NCBI RefSeq assembly: GCF_019599465.1
Contig: NZ_RKLR01000016.1
Span: 2,005-34,004, forward strand
Source: Haloarcula rubra
GTDB taxonomy: Archaea > Halobacteriota > Halobacteria > Halobacteriales > Haloarculaceae
DNA length: 32,000 nt
Reading direction: 5' to 3'
Below the pieces are notes generated by a model that was not told the DNA's origin, ran no database searches, and saw only the letters and a list, made by a program, of their open reading frames with translations. Shown in pieces: positions 23,974-32,000 of this stretch (its first letter is position 1; each line of letters opens with the position of its first letter). A program made the translations under genes and the position numbers.

Positions 23974-25389
23974 TCAGGGCGTTGGTTCGATGTTCTGGTT
24001 GAGGTGGAAGACGTTGTCGGGGTCGTACTCAGCCTTGATGTCGGCGAGCCGCCTGTAGGTGCGCTCGCCGTAGGCCTCACGGACCCGATGAGTACCGTCG
24101 TCGGCACCGAGGAAGTTTACGTAGACTCCCTCTCGATGGGGTTCGAGGGCCTCGAAGAACTTACGGGTCCACTCCGTGTCTGACTCGGCGAAGTCCTCGT
24201 CGGGCCGCCACACGCCGTTGATGTTGATATTGTGCGGCGCGTTTCGACCGGCGTAGGCGGTAGCATCCTCGGGGACACGACTCACCGCACCACCGAGGTG
24301 GAACATCACCGCGTACGACCGGGGTGACTCCGCGGCGAAAGCATGGTCAATGAGCACGTCGATTAGATCGTCGGACAGTTCGGGCAGGTCGGTCGACTTC
24401 CAGTAGTAGTGCCAGCCGTGGAGGACGGTGCTGTCGAGTCCACTCTGGTGGGCCAGGTAGGGCTTGCGGGAGACGAGGTCGAGCAGCGGCGTGCCGTATT
24501 CGCGCAGCGGTCGGAGGACGTGCTTGCCTTCCTCGATGTCACCCGCGTAGCAGGTGGAGACGGCCACGGCCGGTCGCCAGTGAAGTTCCTCGGGAACGAC
24601 CGGGATGGGTGGGATGGTCCCGAACTTGACGACTGTGCCCAGCTCGTCGGGCGCATCCCGCACGAAGTCGCGGTAGAAGCGCAGCACGCCGGCGGCGGCA
24701 TTCGCCGTCCAGAACACGGGGCCGGCGAGCACTGCAGGACCGACCGGGTGGAGCGCGAACTCGAAGGACGTCACGATCCCGAAGTTCCCGCCACCGCCCC
24801 GCAACGCCCAGAATAGCTCCGGATGCTCGTGGTCCGAGGCTCGGAGGAACTCACCATCGGCGGTCACCATATCAACGGAGCGCAAGTTGTCGACGGTGAG
24901 GCCGTGCTTGCGCATCAGCCAGCCGATTCCACCACCGAGGGTGAGCCCGGCGACACCAGTGTGGCTCACGACGCCGCCTGTGGTCGCCAGTCCGTGGGCC
25001 TGGGTCTCGTGATCGACGTCACCCCACAGGGCACCACCCTGTACGCGGGCGGTCCGCGCATCGGGGTCGATCCACACGGCCCGCATCTCCGAGAGATCGA
25101 CGACGAATCCATCATCACAGACGGCGGTGCCAGCGACGTTGTGGCCGCCACCACGCACCGCGATTTCGAGGTCGTGCTCCCGGGCGAAGTGGACCGAACT
25201 CGCGACATCAGCGGCACCGGCACACTGGGAGATCAGTCTTGGTCGCCGGTCGATCATGCCGTTCCAGACCTCCCGGCCCTCATCGTAGCCCTCGTCGCCG
25301 GGACGGAGCAGGGTGCCCAAAAGCGTGTTTCGGAAGTCTTTGAGGGCTGTTACGTCAGTGTCGCTTTCCGTTTGTGTCATTGTAGTCAC
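23974..25389 (-). CDS. FAD-binding oxidoreductase (PCMH/BBE type)
   Basis: The motifs are AVRGGGHNVAG and EYDPDNVFHLNQNIEP. The protein is clearly paralogous to the C-terminal 460 aa of 21150-22940. Confidence 0.8.
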   Translation of the reverse strand: MTTMTQTESDTDVTALKDFRNTLLGTLLRPGDEGYDEGREVWNGMIDRRPRLISQCAGAADVASSVHFAREHDLEIAVRGGGHNVAGTAVCDDGFVVDLSEMRAVWIDPDARTARVQGGALWGDVDHETQAHGLATTGGVVSHTGVAGLTLGGGIGWLMRKHGLTVDNLRSVDMVTADGEFLRASDHEHPELFWALRGGGGNFGIVTSFEFALHPVGPAVLAGPVFWTANAAAGVLRFYRDFVRDAPDELGTVVKFGTIPPIPVVPEELHWRPAVAVSTCYAGDIEEGKHVLRPLREYGTPLLDLVSRKPYLAHQSGLDSTVLHGWHYYWKSTDLPELSDDLIDVLIDHAFAAESPRSYAVMFHLGGAVSRVPEDATAYAGRNAPHNININGVWRPDEDFAESDTEWTRKFFEALEPHREGVYVNFLGADDGTHRVREAYGERTYRRLADIKAEYDPDNVFHLNQNIEPTP

Positions 25390-25591
25390 TGTCCCGCGAT
25401 CACCTCGACACCTCGTCTCACTCGGCCCCTCACACAGAGAGCGGTCACTTCCGCACTACGTGACCTACAACGTTAATTGTTACCAATACACAATGCCTGC
25501 TGAGGCCAGTCTCTATATGTGTCACGCACCTTCTGTCAATGTCTGATGGTTTCAACATAGCCCTTGAATCAACATTGAGCGCTTTACCGAG

Positions 25592-27379
25592 TCATGCAGG
25601 ACTGTCCACATTAGTGAATTCGAATCTGGCACCACCTTCAGGACTTTCAGCCAGCGAAACCTCCCAGCCATGCCCTGCGGCAATCTGTCTGATGCTGACC
25701 ATGCCGAGTCCTGCACCGTCGTCTTTCGTCGTGAAGCCCGGCTTAAAGATCGTATCCGGTGATTCGTCCGGCAATCCCGGTCCAGTATCCTCGTAGTAGA
25801 ACCCATTGGGAAGAGTCCCGACGCGCATTGTAGTGCCGTCACCCCCGTGCTCGATCGTATTATGCACGAGATTCTCGGCCAGTCGAGCCAATGCCTGCTT
25901 GTCGGCGACAATCACGTTCGAATCGGCGACGTCGACCGAATGCGATCCACCTTCGGACCACCTCACGGACTGGAATACCTCCGCAAAATCGACGGGTTCC
26001 AGGTCGTTTACCAGTTGACGCTGACGCATCACATTGGAGAGATCGTCGATCAGTTCGTCCAACCGGTCTGCAGCTTGCTGTGCCTCCGTCAGACGCTCCA
26101 TCTCACCCGATTGCATCGCCAGTTCGATGTTACCTCGGATAACAGACAATGGGTTCTTCAGATCGTGTGAGACGACTTCGGCGAACTCGCTCAACCACTC
26201 GATCTGGTCTTCCATCGCAGTTTGTTGAGCCTTCAGTTCGGTCACGTCGCGCTGGAAGCCGACAAAATGCGTAACTGTACCGTCCTCGTCTTCGACAGGA
26301 GAAATCTCTAGATAGTTCCAGAACGGGTCACCATCTGCATCGTAGTTCAAGATTGCTGTCGAGATCGATTCCTCGTTATCGATGGCCTTGCGTATCGCGG
26401 TGACTGTCTCTGGGGTTGTGCCTTCACCTTGCAAGAAGCGACAGTTCTTCCCGAGAATCTCTCCTCGGTCGTACCCAGTCAGCGTTACGAACCCATCATT
26501 CACGTAAACGAGCGGATTGTCCTCCTGGGTAGGATCGGTGATCGTAACACCGACCGACGCTGCATCCAGTGCCCGGTTCTTGAGTTCCAGTTCCTGTTTC
26601 AGTTCGTCCTCTGAAGCGAGACTTTGGACCAGACAGACGTGCCCGCCGTCGTCAGTTGGTGTCAAGACCAGTCGCTCACTCACGGTCTCTCCGTTTTTGG
26701 TCAATCCTGTAGCGTAGCCGCTCCACGAGCCACGAGAGTCTAATTTCGGGAGAATCTCGTTCGTGAATCGGTCGGCTTCTGCGTCGGGGTACAGCATCTC
26801 CCAGTGCTGACCGATAATTTCGGCTCGTTCCCGGTCATAAATCTCGGCGTAGGCTTCGTTCAGGTACTGGTAGATTCCGTCTTCGTCGATGATTCCAATG
26901 CCTTCCTGTGCGGATTCGATGGCCCTGAAGCCCCGTTGTACCTGCTCTTCTGCTCGGTGTTTTTCGACGAGATTCTCTATCTTGTTCGCGAGGACTGGGT
27001 ATTCTTCTGGCCCACCCTTCTGGAGATACTCGTCGACACCTGCTGAAATAGCCTTACTCGCGATCTCTTCACTTCCCTTTCCAGTAAACAGGATGAACGG
27101 AATATCGACCCCTTCATTCTGTACCGCATTCAGAATCGCCAACCCATTGAGTGTCGGCATATCGTAATCACAGACGATACAATCGTACGCGCCCTCGATA
27201 GCCTCGGTTAGACCAGTGGTTGGGTCCGTCACCGTCGTCGTCTCTGCTTGCTCTAATTCATGTTCAAGAAAATCGGCAGAGAGCTCTATCAAATCTTCGT
27301 CATCATCGATCAACAGTACTGAAATCTGCTGATCGTGCATATCGAAAGGGGCGATATCATTCAATGGGGCCGAGGGCAT
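25592..27379 (-). CDS. hybrid sensor histidine kinase (receiver, two PAS, HisKA, HATPase)
   Basis: The receiver carries DYDMP. Two PAS-like segments follow. The H-box is VSHDLKNPL. The N and G boxes are HNTIEHGG, EDTGPGL and GAGLGM. Confidence 0.85.
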   Translation of the reverse strand: MPSAPLNDIAPFDMHDQQISVLLIDDDEDLIELSADFLEHELEQAETTTVTDPTTGLTEAIEGAYDCIVCDYDMPTLNGLAILNAVQNEGVDIPFILFTGKGSEEIASKAISAGVDEYLQKGGPEEYPVLANKIENLVEKHRAEEQVQRGFRAIESAQEGIGIIDEDGIYQYLNEAYAEIYDRERAEIIGQHWEMLYPDAEADRFTNEILPKLDSRGSWSGYATGLTKNGETVSERLVLTPTDDGGHVCLVQSLASEDELKQELELKNRALDAASVGVTITDPTQEDNPLVYVNDGFVTLTGYDRGEILGKNCRFLQGEGTTPETVTAIRKAIDNEESISTAILNYDADGDPFWNYLEISPVEDEDGTVTHFVGFQRDVTELKAQQTAMEDQIEWLSEFAEVVSHDLKNPLSVIRGNIELAMQSGEMERLTEAQQAADRLDELIDDLSNVMRQRQLVNDLEPVDFAEVFQSVRWSEGGSHSVDVADSNVIVADKQALARLAENLVHNTIEHGGDGTTMRVGTLPNGFYYEDTGPGLPDESPDTIFKPGFTTKDDGAGLGMVSIRQIAAGHGWEVSLAESPEGGARFEFTNVDSPA

Positions 27380-27490
27380 ACACTAGTTGATGCGATTCAA
27401 GGATTAAACAGTAATCACTAGGTAGTCAGCCAGCAAGTAATCGGATTGATAAATATGCCACAGATTGAGGCTCTCAATGGGGCCGATAGA

Positions 27491-27703
27491 TCACGTCGTT
27501 CGGAGATGGTCCGTCCGGGGTTCCCCCTTTTGCTTCAGTTTCTCTATCTCGTGTTCTGCTTTGGACTCGTCAATCCCGACACGGCGAGCGTTGCGGACGA
27601 CTTGCTGGATGTGTGCTCCTTCGTCGAAGCGTTCCTCAAGCTCGTCGATAATGCCCCGGATATTCTGTATCCGATCTCGTTGAGATGTAGTCCCTGTGAT
27701 CAC
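27491..27703 (-). CDS. stand-alone MCM C-terminal winged-helix-like protein (70 aa)
   Basis: The segment TGTTSQRDRIQNIRGIIDELEE...GIDESKAEHEIEKLKQKGEPRTDHLRTT matches the C-terminal linker and WH of haloarchaeal MCM as I recall it. The start is GTG. Confidence 0.5.
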   Translation of the reverse strand: MITGTTSQRDRIQNIRGIIDELEERFDEGAHIQQVVRNARRVGIDESKAEHEIEKLKQKGEPRTDHLRTT

Positions 27704-27724
27704 ATCGTCACCGATGATGAACTG

Positions 27725-28024
27725 CTATGGATGTGGGGTTCCGACGTCGGCGTCACCACCGACGAACTCGTTGACACTATCCTCAGTGGACTCGTCGTAC
27801 AGGTTCACGACGAACTGGTGGGAATCAGCATCGACCTCGGCATCAACGTCAACCAAAACCTCGTTCGGCAATGCGTTGTCGAGTTCATCTCGGAGTTCTT
27901 CCTCAGCTTCTGTAGATAGCTCATCAGCACGGTCCATGTGCTCTTCGCCCTTGTCGATGTGAGCCGAAGCGTTTTCGAGCACTGCAAGCGGTTCATCCGG
28001 AACGGTTTCATCCCACTCTGGCAT
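27725..28024 (-). CDS. highly acidic hypothetical protein (99 aa)
   Basis: The start is set at the ATG at 28024 (MPEWDETV) so that ORB1 stays intergenic. The track start at 28093 would run through an ORB repeat. Confidence 0.45.
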   Translation of the reverse strand: MPEWDETVPDEPLAVLENASAHIDKGEEHMDRADELSTEAEEELRDELDNALPNEVLVDVDAEVDADSHQFVVNLYDESTEDSVNEFVGGDADVGTPHP

Positions 28025-28063
28025 ATGCGCTCTGTCGTTCCTCGTCCACTTTTGTGATTCGGA

Positions 28064-28084
28064 CACACCGGGTTTCCGGTGAAA
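28064..28084 (+). repeat. ORB1 CACACCGGGTTTCCGGTGAAA
   Basis: An exact 21-mer with an internal dyad, CACCGG-GTTT-CCGGTG. Confidence 0.8.
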
Positions 28085-28169
28085 ATACCACATCTCTCAA
28101 CACTGACGGTGCCAACCAATCGGAGTGCTTGCTCAGTGCCCGGGGTTGCTCTCAAAAATGGCTGGGACA

Positions 28170-28190
28170 CACACCGGGTTTCCGGTGAAA
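28170..28190 (+). repeat. ORB2 CACACCGGGTTTCCGGTGAAA
   Basis: An exact copy in the same orientation as ORB1. Confidence 0.8.
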
Positions 28191-28629
28191 TCTCGGTAGA
28201 GAGCAGGAAGGCAAAGACCGATAGGTCTCACAACTCGGATTATCCAGAAGTGCCACAATAACACCTCAAACCTGTGGGTTCCACCTTCTACGATTTGGGC
28301 CAGAGGAAGATCTACAAGAACATGACGTCCTACCGAAATAGACCTGTTCTCAATTGCTGTCTGACATAGTTTTAATACAGTTCCTTCTGTACAGGTCCGC
28401 AGAACGTTCACACCGTTTTAGAAGACGAACTGACGTTCGTCTGTATTTTGCCGAAGTCGATTCGAAATTTCTTCGCGACGATTGCGTTGTCAGCGGCAGC
28501 TTCCAGTCGGTCCACTCGACGATTTCCTCTGTATCAAGATCTATATACCAATCAGACAGGATTCGACACAACGTTTCCGGTGAGTCACAACCCCTGTTTC
28601 GTCTGGACCAGATACACTCACTACTCCTA

Positions 28630-28650
28630 TTTCACCGGAAACCCGGTGTG
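28630..28650 (-). repeat. ORB3 (inverted)
   Basis: TTTCACCGGAAACCCGGTGTG is the exact reverse complement of ORB1. Confidence 0.8.
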
Positions 28651-28676
28651 CGTGTGTCGGGGAAAGTATCAAGACG

Positions 28677-28697
28677 TTTCACCGGAAACCCGGTGTG
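28677..28697 (-). repeat. ORB4 (inverted)
   Basis: An exact reverse-complement copy that ends 6 nt before the orc1 ATG. Confidence 0.8.
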
Positions 28698-28703
28698 CAA
28701 GGG

Positions 28704-29900
28704 ATGTCTGACTCCGACGATCTGTTTATTCGTGAGGACCCAATCTTCGTCAACAAGGAACTTCTTGAAATCAGTCACCTCCCCGACGAAGATCGTATCG
28801 TCGGCCGTGACGAAGAAATCAGCCAACTTGCCAACGCTGTCAACCCAGCCATTTTCGGACAGAGTCCGAGCAATGTTCTGATCTACGGGAAGACTGGCAC
28901 TGGCAAGTCACTGTGCGCGAAGTACGTCTCGAGCCAACTCGTCAGCACAGCCGAAGACGAGGGCGTCGACGCTATCTTCGCATACGTCGACTGTGCACAG
29001 GACACGACGGAGACTCAGGCCGTTCAGACCATTGCTGATAGCGTCAACACTCCTGAGGCCGACATCTACATCCCGGACAAGGGAATCAGTACGGCCACCT
29101 ACTACAAGCGCCTCTGGCGCATTCTCGACGCGCACCACGACGTCGCGTTAATCATCCTTGACGAAATCGACAAACTGGAAGACGACTCCATCCTGATGCA
29201 ACTCTCTCGAGCTGGTGAGGCCGGGAAGATCGAGGACTGCAAAATCGGTGTTATCGGCATCAGTAACAAAATCAAGTACAAAGACCGGATGGACGAACGG
29301 GTCAAATCGAGCCTCTGCGAGCGTGAGTTCGTCTTCCCACCATACGACGCAACGCAACTCAACGAAATCATGGAGGCTCGAAGCGACGCGTTCCGCGATG
29401 GTGTGATTGAGGATGGCGTCATTCCCCGGGCTGCCGCACTCGCTGCTCGCGAACACGGCGATGCTCGGAAGGCTATCGATATTCTTCGCTACGCCGGCGA
29501 AATCGCGCAGTCGACGAACGCCGACACCGTTCCCGAGGACTTCGTGGTCCAGGCGAGAGAGCGAGCTGAAACAGACCGTTTCAGCGAGTTAATCAGTGGC
29601 TCGACACCGCACTCCAGATACGTTCTGCAGGCCCTGACAGTCCTCTCGCTAAACGATGAGGACGCCACCGGCTACCGAACGACTCGCATCTACGACGTGT
29701 ATGAGGACATCTGTCGGCAGGAGGGCGCTGACGCACTCTCGCTGCGGCGAGTTCGAGACCTTCTCAAAGAGCATGCGTTCCTCGACGTCATTGAGCAGAG
29801 TCGCCATAGTGGTGGGAGTGCCGAAGGGAGTTACACCGAACACGAACTCCTCGAAGACCCGGAAGTGGTGAAAGAGGTTCTCGAAGACAACATCGAGTAG
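28704..29900 (+). CDS. orc1: Orc1/Cdc6 replication initiator
   Basis: The protein shows EDRIVGRDEEI, Walker A YGKTGTGKS and Walker B LIILDEID, followed by AAA+ lid and C-terminal winged-helix regions. I prefer the ATG at 28704 to the GTG at 28695, which lies inside ORB4. Confidence 0.9.
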   Translation: MSDSDDLFIREDPIFVNKELLEISHLPDEDRIVGRDEEISQLANAVNPAIFGQSPSNVLIYGKTGTGKSLCAKYVSSQLVSTAEDEGVDAIFAYVDCAQDTTETQAVQTIADSVNTPEADIYIPDKGISTATYYKRLWRILDAHHDVALIILDEIDKLEDDSILMQLSRAGEAGKIEDCKIGVIGISNKIKYKDRMDERVKSSLCEREFVFPPYDATQLNEIMEARSDAFRDGVIEDGVIPRAAALAAREHGDARKAIDILRYAGEIAQSTNADTVPEDFVVQARERAETDRFSELISGSTPHSRYVLQALTVLSLNDEDATGYRTTRIYDVYEDICRQEGADALSLRRVRDLLKEHAFLDVIEQSRHSGGSAEGSYTEHELLEDPEVVKEVLEDNIE

Positions 29901-30063
29901 CTATCCGGTTAGCGTTCTCGAACAGTGACCGTTCTCAGAAGTCGTGCTGAATAAACAGCGTGAATCTATCGGTGATATACAGAGTGATTCGTATTTAGTA
30001 ATGGAGACTGGTCAGCTGGAATAGCCGCTACAGTTACCTCATTTCTAAACACAGACGGCACAA

Positions 30064-30522
30064 ATGGGACTATTTCGAAGTGATAAGTGGGAGTGTAATC
30101 GTTGTGGGGAGACTTATCGGTCAAATCCATCCGAGTGTTCTGAGTGTGGATACACTGTCCTCACCCAATATCATGAAGGCGAAGGGAAGTCGTCCATGGG
30201 TCGGAAAACACAACCCGCATCCGACCAAGAATCACGGAAGGTAGTTTGGTACTGTGATAAGTGCAAACAGAAACACATAGATGAGCCAGAGCAGTGCAAA
30301 GTCTGTGGAACAGAGGAGTTCGAGAGGGCTGGTGGGAAATCAGCCAAACCCGAAGAAGTCCACCAGTACACGCGCCCTGACGATGATGCCGAGACAATCT
30401 CGAACGTCCGTGAGGCCACGAGTTCTCCAGTCCAGCCGGAATCCGATGATAACAATCTCGGTCTCTATGCCTGGTTCCTACTGCTCGTGATTTTCGTCGC
30501 ACTCATCTTTTACTTACTCTAA
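30064..30522 (+). CDS. double zinc-ribbon protein with a C-terminal TM anchor
   Basis: The first ribbon is CNRCG...CSECG and the second is CDKC...CKVCG. The C-terminal TM segment is YAWFLLLVIFVALIFYLL. Confidence 0.55.
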   Translation: MGLFRSDKWECNRCGETYRSNPSECSECGYTVLTQYHEGEGKSSMGRKTQPASDQESRKVVWYCDKCKQKHIDEPEQCKVCGTEEFERAGGKSAKPEEVHQYTRPDDDAETISNVREATSSPVQPESDDNNLGLYAWFLLLVIFVALIFYLL

Positions 30523-30705
30523 TTTTATTGAAACGACCTGTCTTGGCAAGAAAGCCAATCTTCGTTGCCATGTATGACGATGTCTTCCCATAGTACAATG
30601 TCTTTGATGACTGGTCGTCCTGTATCGTGAACTACTGAATCCACACGTTGCTTCGGGCCAGTCATAATATTGATAATAACCCGTCAGTTATATTTTGAGC
30701 AGTGG

Positions 30706-31182
30706 ATGGCTAGCTGTAATATCTGTGGGGAAGATAGTGGGCTCTCCAATAATTGCACGTACTGTGAAGGAACATTCTGTTCTGAGCACGTTCTCCCCGA
30801 AAAGCACAACTGTCCTGCGCTTCGTTCAGCAGAGACCTTGGGCCCTGAATTTCGCGAAGCAAAGCGGGATGTTGTTTTTGGGGAAGGGGATGATAGCCAA
30901 TCAGGAAATACGTCTGGACAACCGAAAAAACCAGATACCGATAATTTTGGAATCAAAGATGAGGAGAAGGTAAATCAAGAACCTACGCAACCAAAAACCG
31001 ATTCAAACCCACCTTCGAGAGAGGCTGAATATGAGAGTAGTCCTAACGTAGCTACCGACGGGAGTATTGTAGGAAGAGAAGCAGCGGAATCTGCATCCCA
31101 AACAGCAAGCAATCTCGCTACGCCAGTTCAGAAACTCTTTGCTGGTGCTATACTAAGAGACGAAACTAATCGTCAATTCTAA
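30706..31182 (+). CDS. AN1-type zinc-finger protein
   Basis: CNICGEDSGLSNNCTYCEGTFCSEHVLPEKHNC fits C-x2-C-x9-C-x2-C-x4-C-x2-H-x5-H-x-C exactly. The tail is low-complexity and acidic. Confidence 0.6.
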   Translation: MASCNICGEDSGLSNNCTYCEGTFCSEHVLPEKHNCPALRSAETLGPEFREAKRDVVFGEGDDSQSGNTSGQPKKPDTDNFGIKDEEKVNQEPTQPKTDSNPPSREAEYESSPNVATDGSIVGREAAESASQTASNLATPVQKLFAGAILRDETNRQF

Positions 31183-31207
31183 CTTGGTTCGTTACGTTAC
31201 CAGCATA

Positions 31208-31711
31208 ATGGCAAGATTAGAAAACGTCTCCGTCGAGAAATTAGAAGAAGCGCTCGACGAAGCAACTGGAAAACGGGAGACACAGCGGTTGCTTGTGGCG
31301 ATTATCTACAAGCGAGGTCCTTCTGCGCCGATGATCGCAGAGTGGCTCGACACGCGCGAACAAACGATTTATCGGTGGTTTGACCGACTTGAAGAAGAAC
31401 CGATCAGCCAAGCAGTTCAGGATCGACAGCGGTCCGGTCGGCCGTCGAAACTCGACGACGCCGACCAAGCGGAGTTTCAAGAAGCCGTCCAAGATCCGCC
31501 GTCTGAAGCCGGCTACGACCAACCGGCGTGGACGACCGAACTCGCTCAGCAGTTTCTCAAAGACGAGTTCGGTGTAGAATATTCCCGGCGTCACGTCCAG
31601 AGACTGCTGAAAGACGCCGATCTCACCTGGCAGACGCCACGGCCGCAACCGCCGACGGCTGATGAGGATGAACGCACCGAATTTTGGGAAGCTACCAAAA
31701 AAACTGAGTAA
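31208..31711 (+). CDS. IS630-family transposase, N-terminal HTH part (OrfA)
   Basis: The protein shows ...RETQRLLVAIIYKRGPSAPMIAEWLDTREQTIYRWF...RSGRPSKL...AWTTELAQQFLKDEFGVEYSRRHVQRLLK. It ends just after an A7 run. Confidence 0.75.
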   Translation: MARLENVSVEKLEEALDEATGKRETQRLLVAIIYKRGPSAPMIAEWLDTREQTIYRWFDRLEEEPISQAVQDRQRSGRPSKLDDADQAEFQEAVQDPPSEAGYDQPAWTTELAQQFLKDEFGVEYSRRHVQRLLKDADLTWQTPRPQPPTADEDERTEFWEATKKTE

Positions 31712-32000
31712 AACGCTCTCTGAAGAGTATACTACTGTTGCGATCGATCAAACGCGGAAAACGATCGGTTGTGACCTCTATCGCTCGTGGTTTCCACGCG
31801 GTCAACGAGTGAATCTCCCGTTTTGGCGGCGCTCGAAGGGTGTGAAGCTACTCGGCGCAGTCTCCGATAAACGCGAATTTTTCGCAACCGAAGTCTCAGA
31901 TCGCTTCACCAGCGACGTGACGATCAGATTTCTTCGAGCACTCCAAGACGAGTTTGGCGAGAAAATCCACGTTCTGCTGGATAACGCGTCATATTTCAAG
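31698..32000 (+). CDS. IS630-family transposase, DDE catalytic part (OrfB frame, partial)
   Basis: The frame reads KKLSKTLSEEYTTVAIDQTRK...VKLLGAVSD...IHVLLDNASYFK. It is shifted +1 relative to OrfA at the A7 run and has no start codon of its own. Confidence 0.65.

Larger units (their letters stand above)
28025..28703. other. replication origin (ORB repeats flanking an AT-richer unwinding region)
   Basis: Four perfect 21-nt repeats are present, two in each orientation. They bracket about 440 bp of AT-richer DNA and sit immediately upstream of orc1/cdc6. Confidence 0.75.
31183..32000 (+). mobile_element. IS630-family insertion sequence, 5' part (continues past the window end)
   Basis: An HTH-containing OrfA is followed by a DDE-domain frame (VAIDQT, LLDNASYF). 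The left end is not mapped precisely. Confidence 0.7.

Noticed and set aside
24823-25476. 217-aa + strand ORF
   Set aside because: It is antisense to the second FAD oxidase and is a shadow frame.
27446-27919. 157-aa + strand ORF
   Set aside because: It is antisense to the MCM-WH-like and acidic-protein genes. It is hydrophobic and Leu/Val-rich, the mirror of an acidic coding strand.
28064-28697. Four identical 21-nt repeats, considered as a possible mini-CRISPR array
   Set aside because: The repeats occur in inverted pairs with irregular spacing (85, 439 and 26 nt). Each contains the ORB-type dyad and they sit beside orc1/cdc6. There are no cas genes.
28133-28881. Three ORFs (28133-28411 minus, 28350-28571 minus, 28354-28881 plus) in the orc1 upstream region
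   Set aside because: They run through the ORB repeats and the AT-rich unwinding region and overlap one another. Their sequences are basic and low-complexity. The region is better explained as an origin.
30525-30665. 46-aa minus-strand ORF (MTGPKQRVDSVVHDTGRPVIKDIVLWEDIVIHGNEDWLSCQDRSFQ) between the two zinc-finger genes
   Set aside because: It has no motif, no visible promoter signal and is very short. It cannot be supported from sequence alone.

Overview
The window looks like haloarchaeal (class Halobacteria) accessory or plasmid-like DNA. Supporting signs are acidic proteins, ISH-type insertion sequences, an Orc1/Cdc6 gene beside ORB repeats, NucS, and many small zinc-finger proteins. Composition is a mosaic judged by eye: GC-rich blocks (about 5.9-11.5 kb, 12.3-14.9 kb, 17.5-25.4 kb) alternate with AT-richer islets (0.46-1.56, 4.1-5.87, 11.54-12.3, 15.2-17.5, 25.6-31.2 kb).

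Main content, left to right:
1. A decayed duplicate of a two-gene mini-cassette, interrupted by a tail-anchored double-HNH nuclease gene. Next to it is a complete 926-bp IS5-family element with an 8-bp target duplication.
2. A divergent NucS paralog that ends in a PIP-box-like motif.
3. An AT-rich islet holding a SIR2-like gene and a divergent unknown gene, which I treat as a candidate defence locus.
4. A gene block with the order and topology of the pleolipovirus core: membrane protein, glycosylated spike, two further membrane proteins, P-loop NTPase. A PD-(D/E)xK nuclease follows, then an AT-rich HEPN-like insertion, a + strand operon with a thrice-repeated intergenic box, and a wHTH regulator.
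5. Orphan TnpB 3'-end / omega-RNA-like remnants and a truncated paralog, possibly a vestige of a second element.
6. A degenerate membrane histidine-kinase-like protein.
7. A double-SWIM protein followed by a 914-aa fusion that is hard to explain: a TFB-type zinc ribbon, then ligand-degenerate multicopper-oxidase-like repeats, then an FG-GAP-like segment.
8. Two paralogous BBE-type FAD oxidases flanking an HTH regulator.
9. A receiver-PAS-PAS hybrid histidine kinase.
10. A replication origin with four perfect 21-nt ORB repeats, sitting between orc1/cdc6 and an operon that encodes a stand-alone MCM C-terminal winged-helix-like mini-protein.
11. Zinc-ribbon and AN1 zinc-finger proteins.
12. The 5' part of an IS630-family element, running off the window.

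I found no rRNA, tRNA or CRISPR array. All functional calls come from motif recognition by eye, and no database search was possible.
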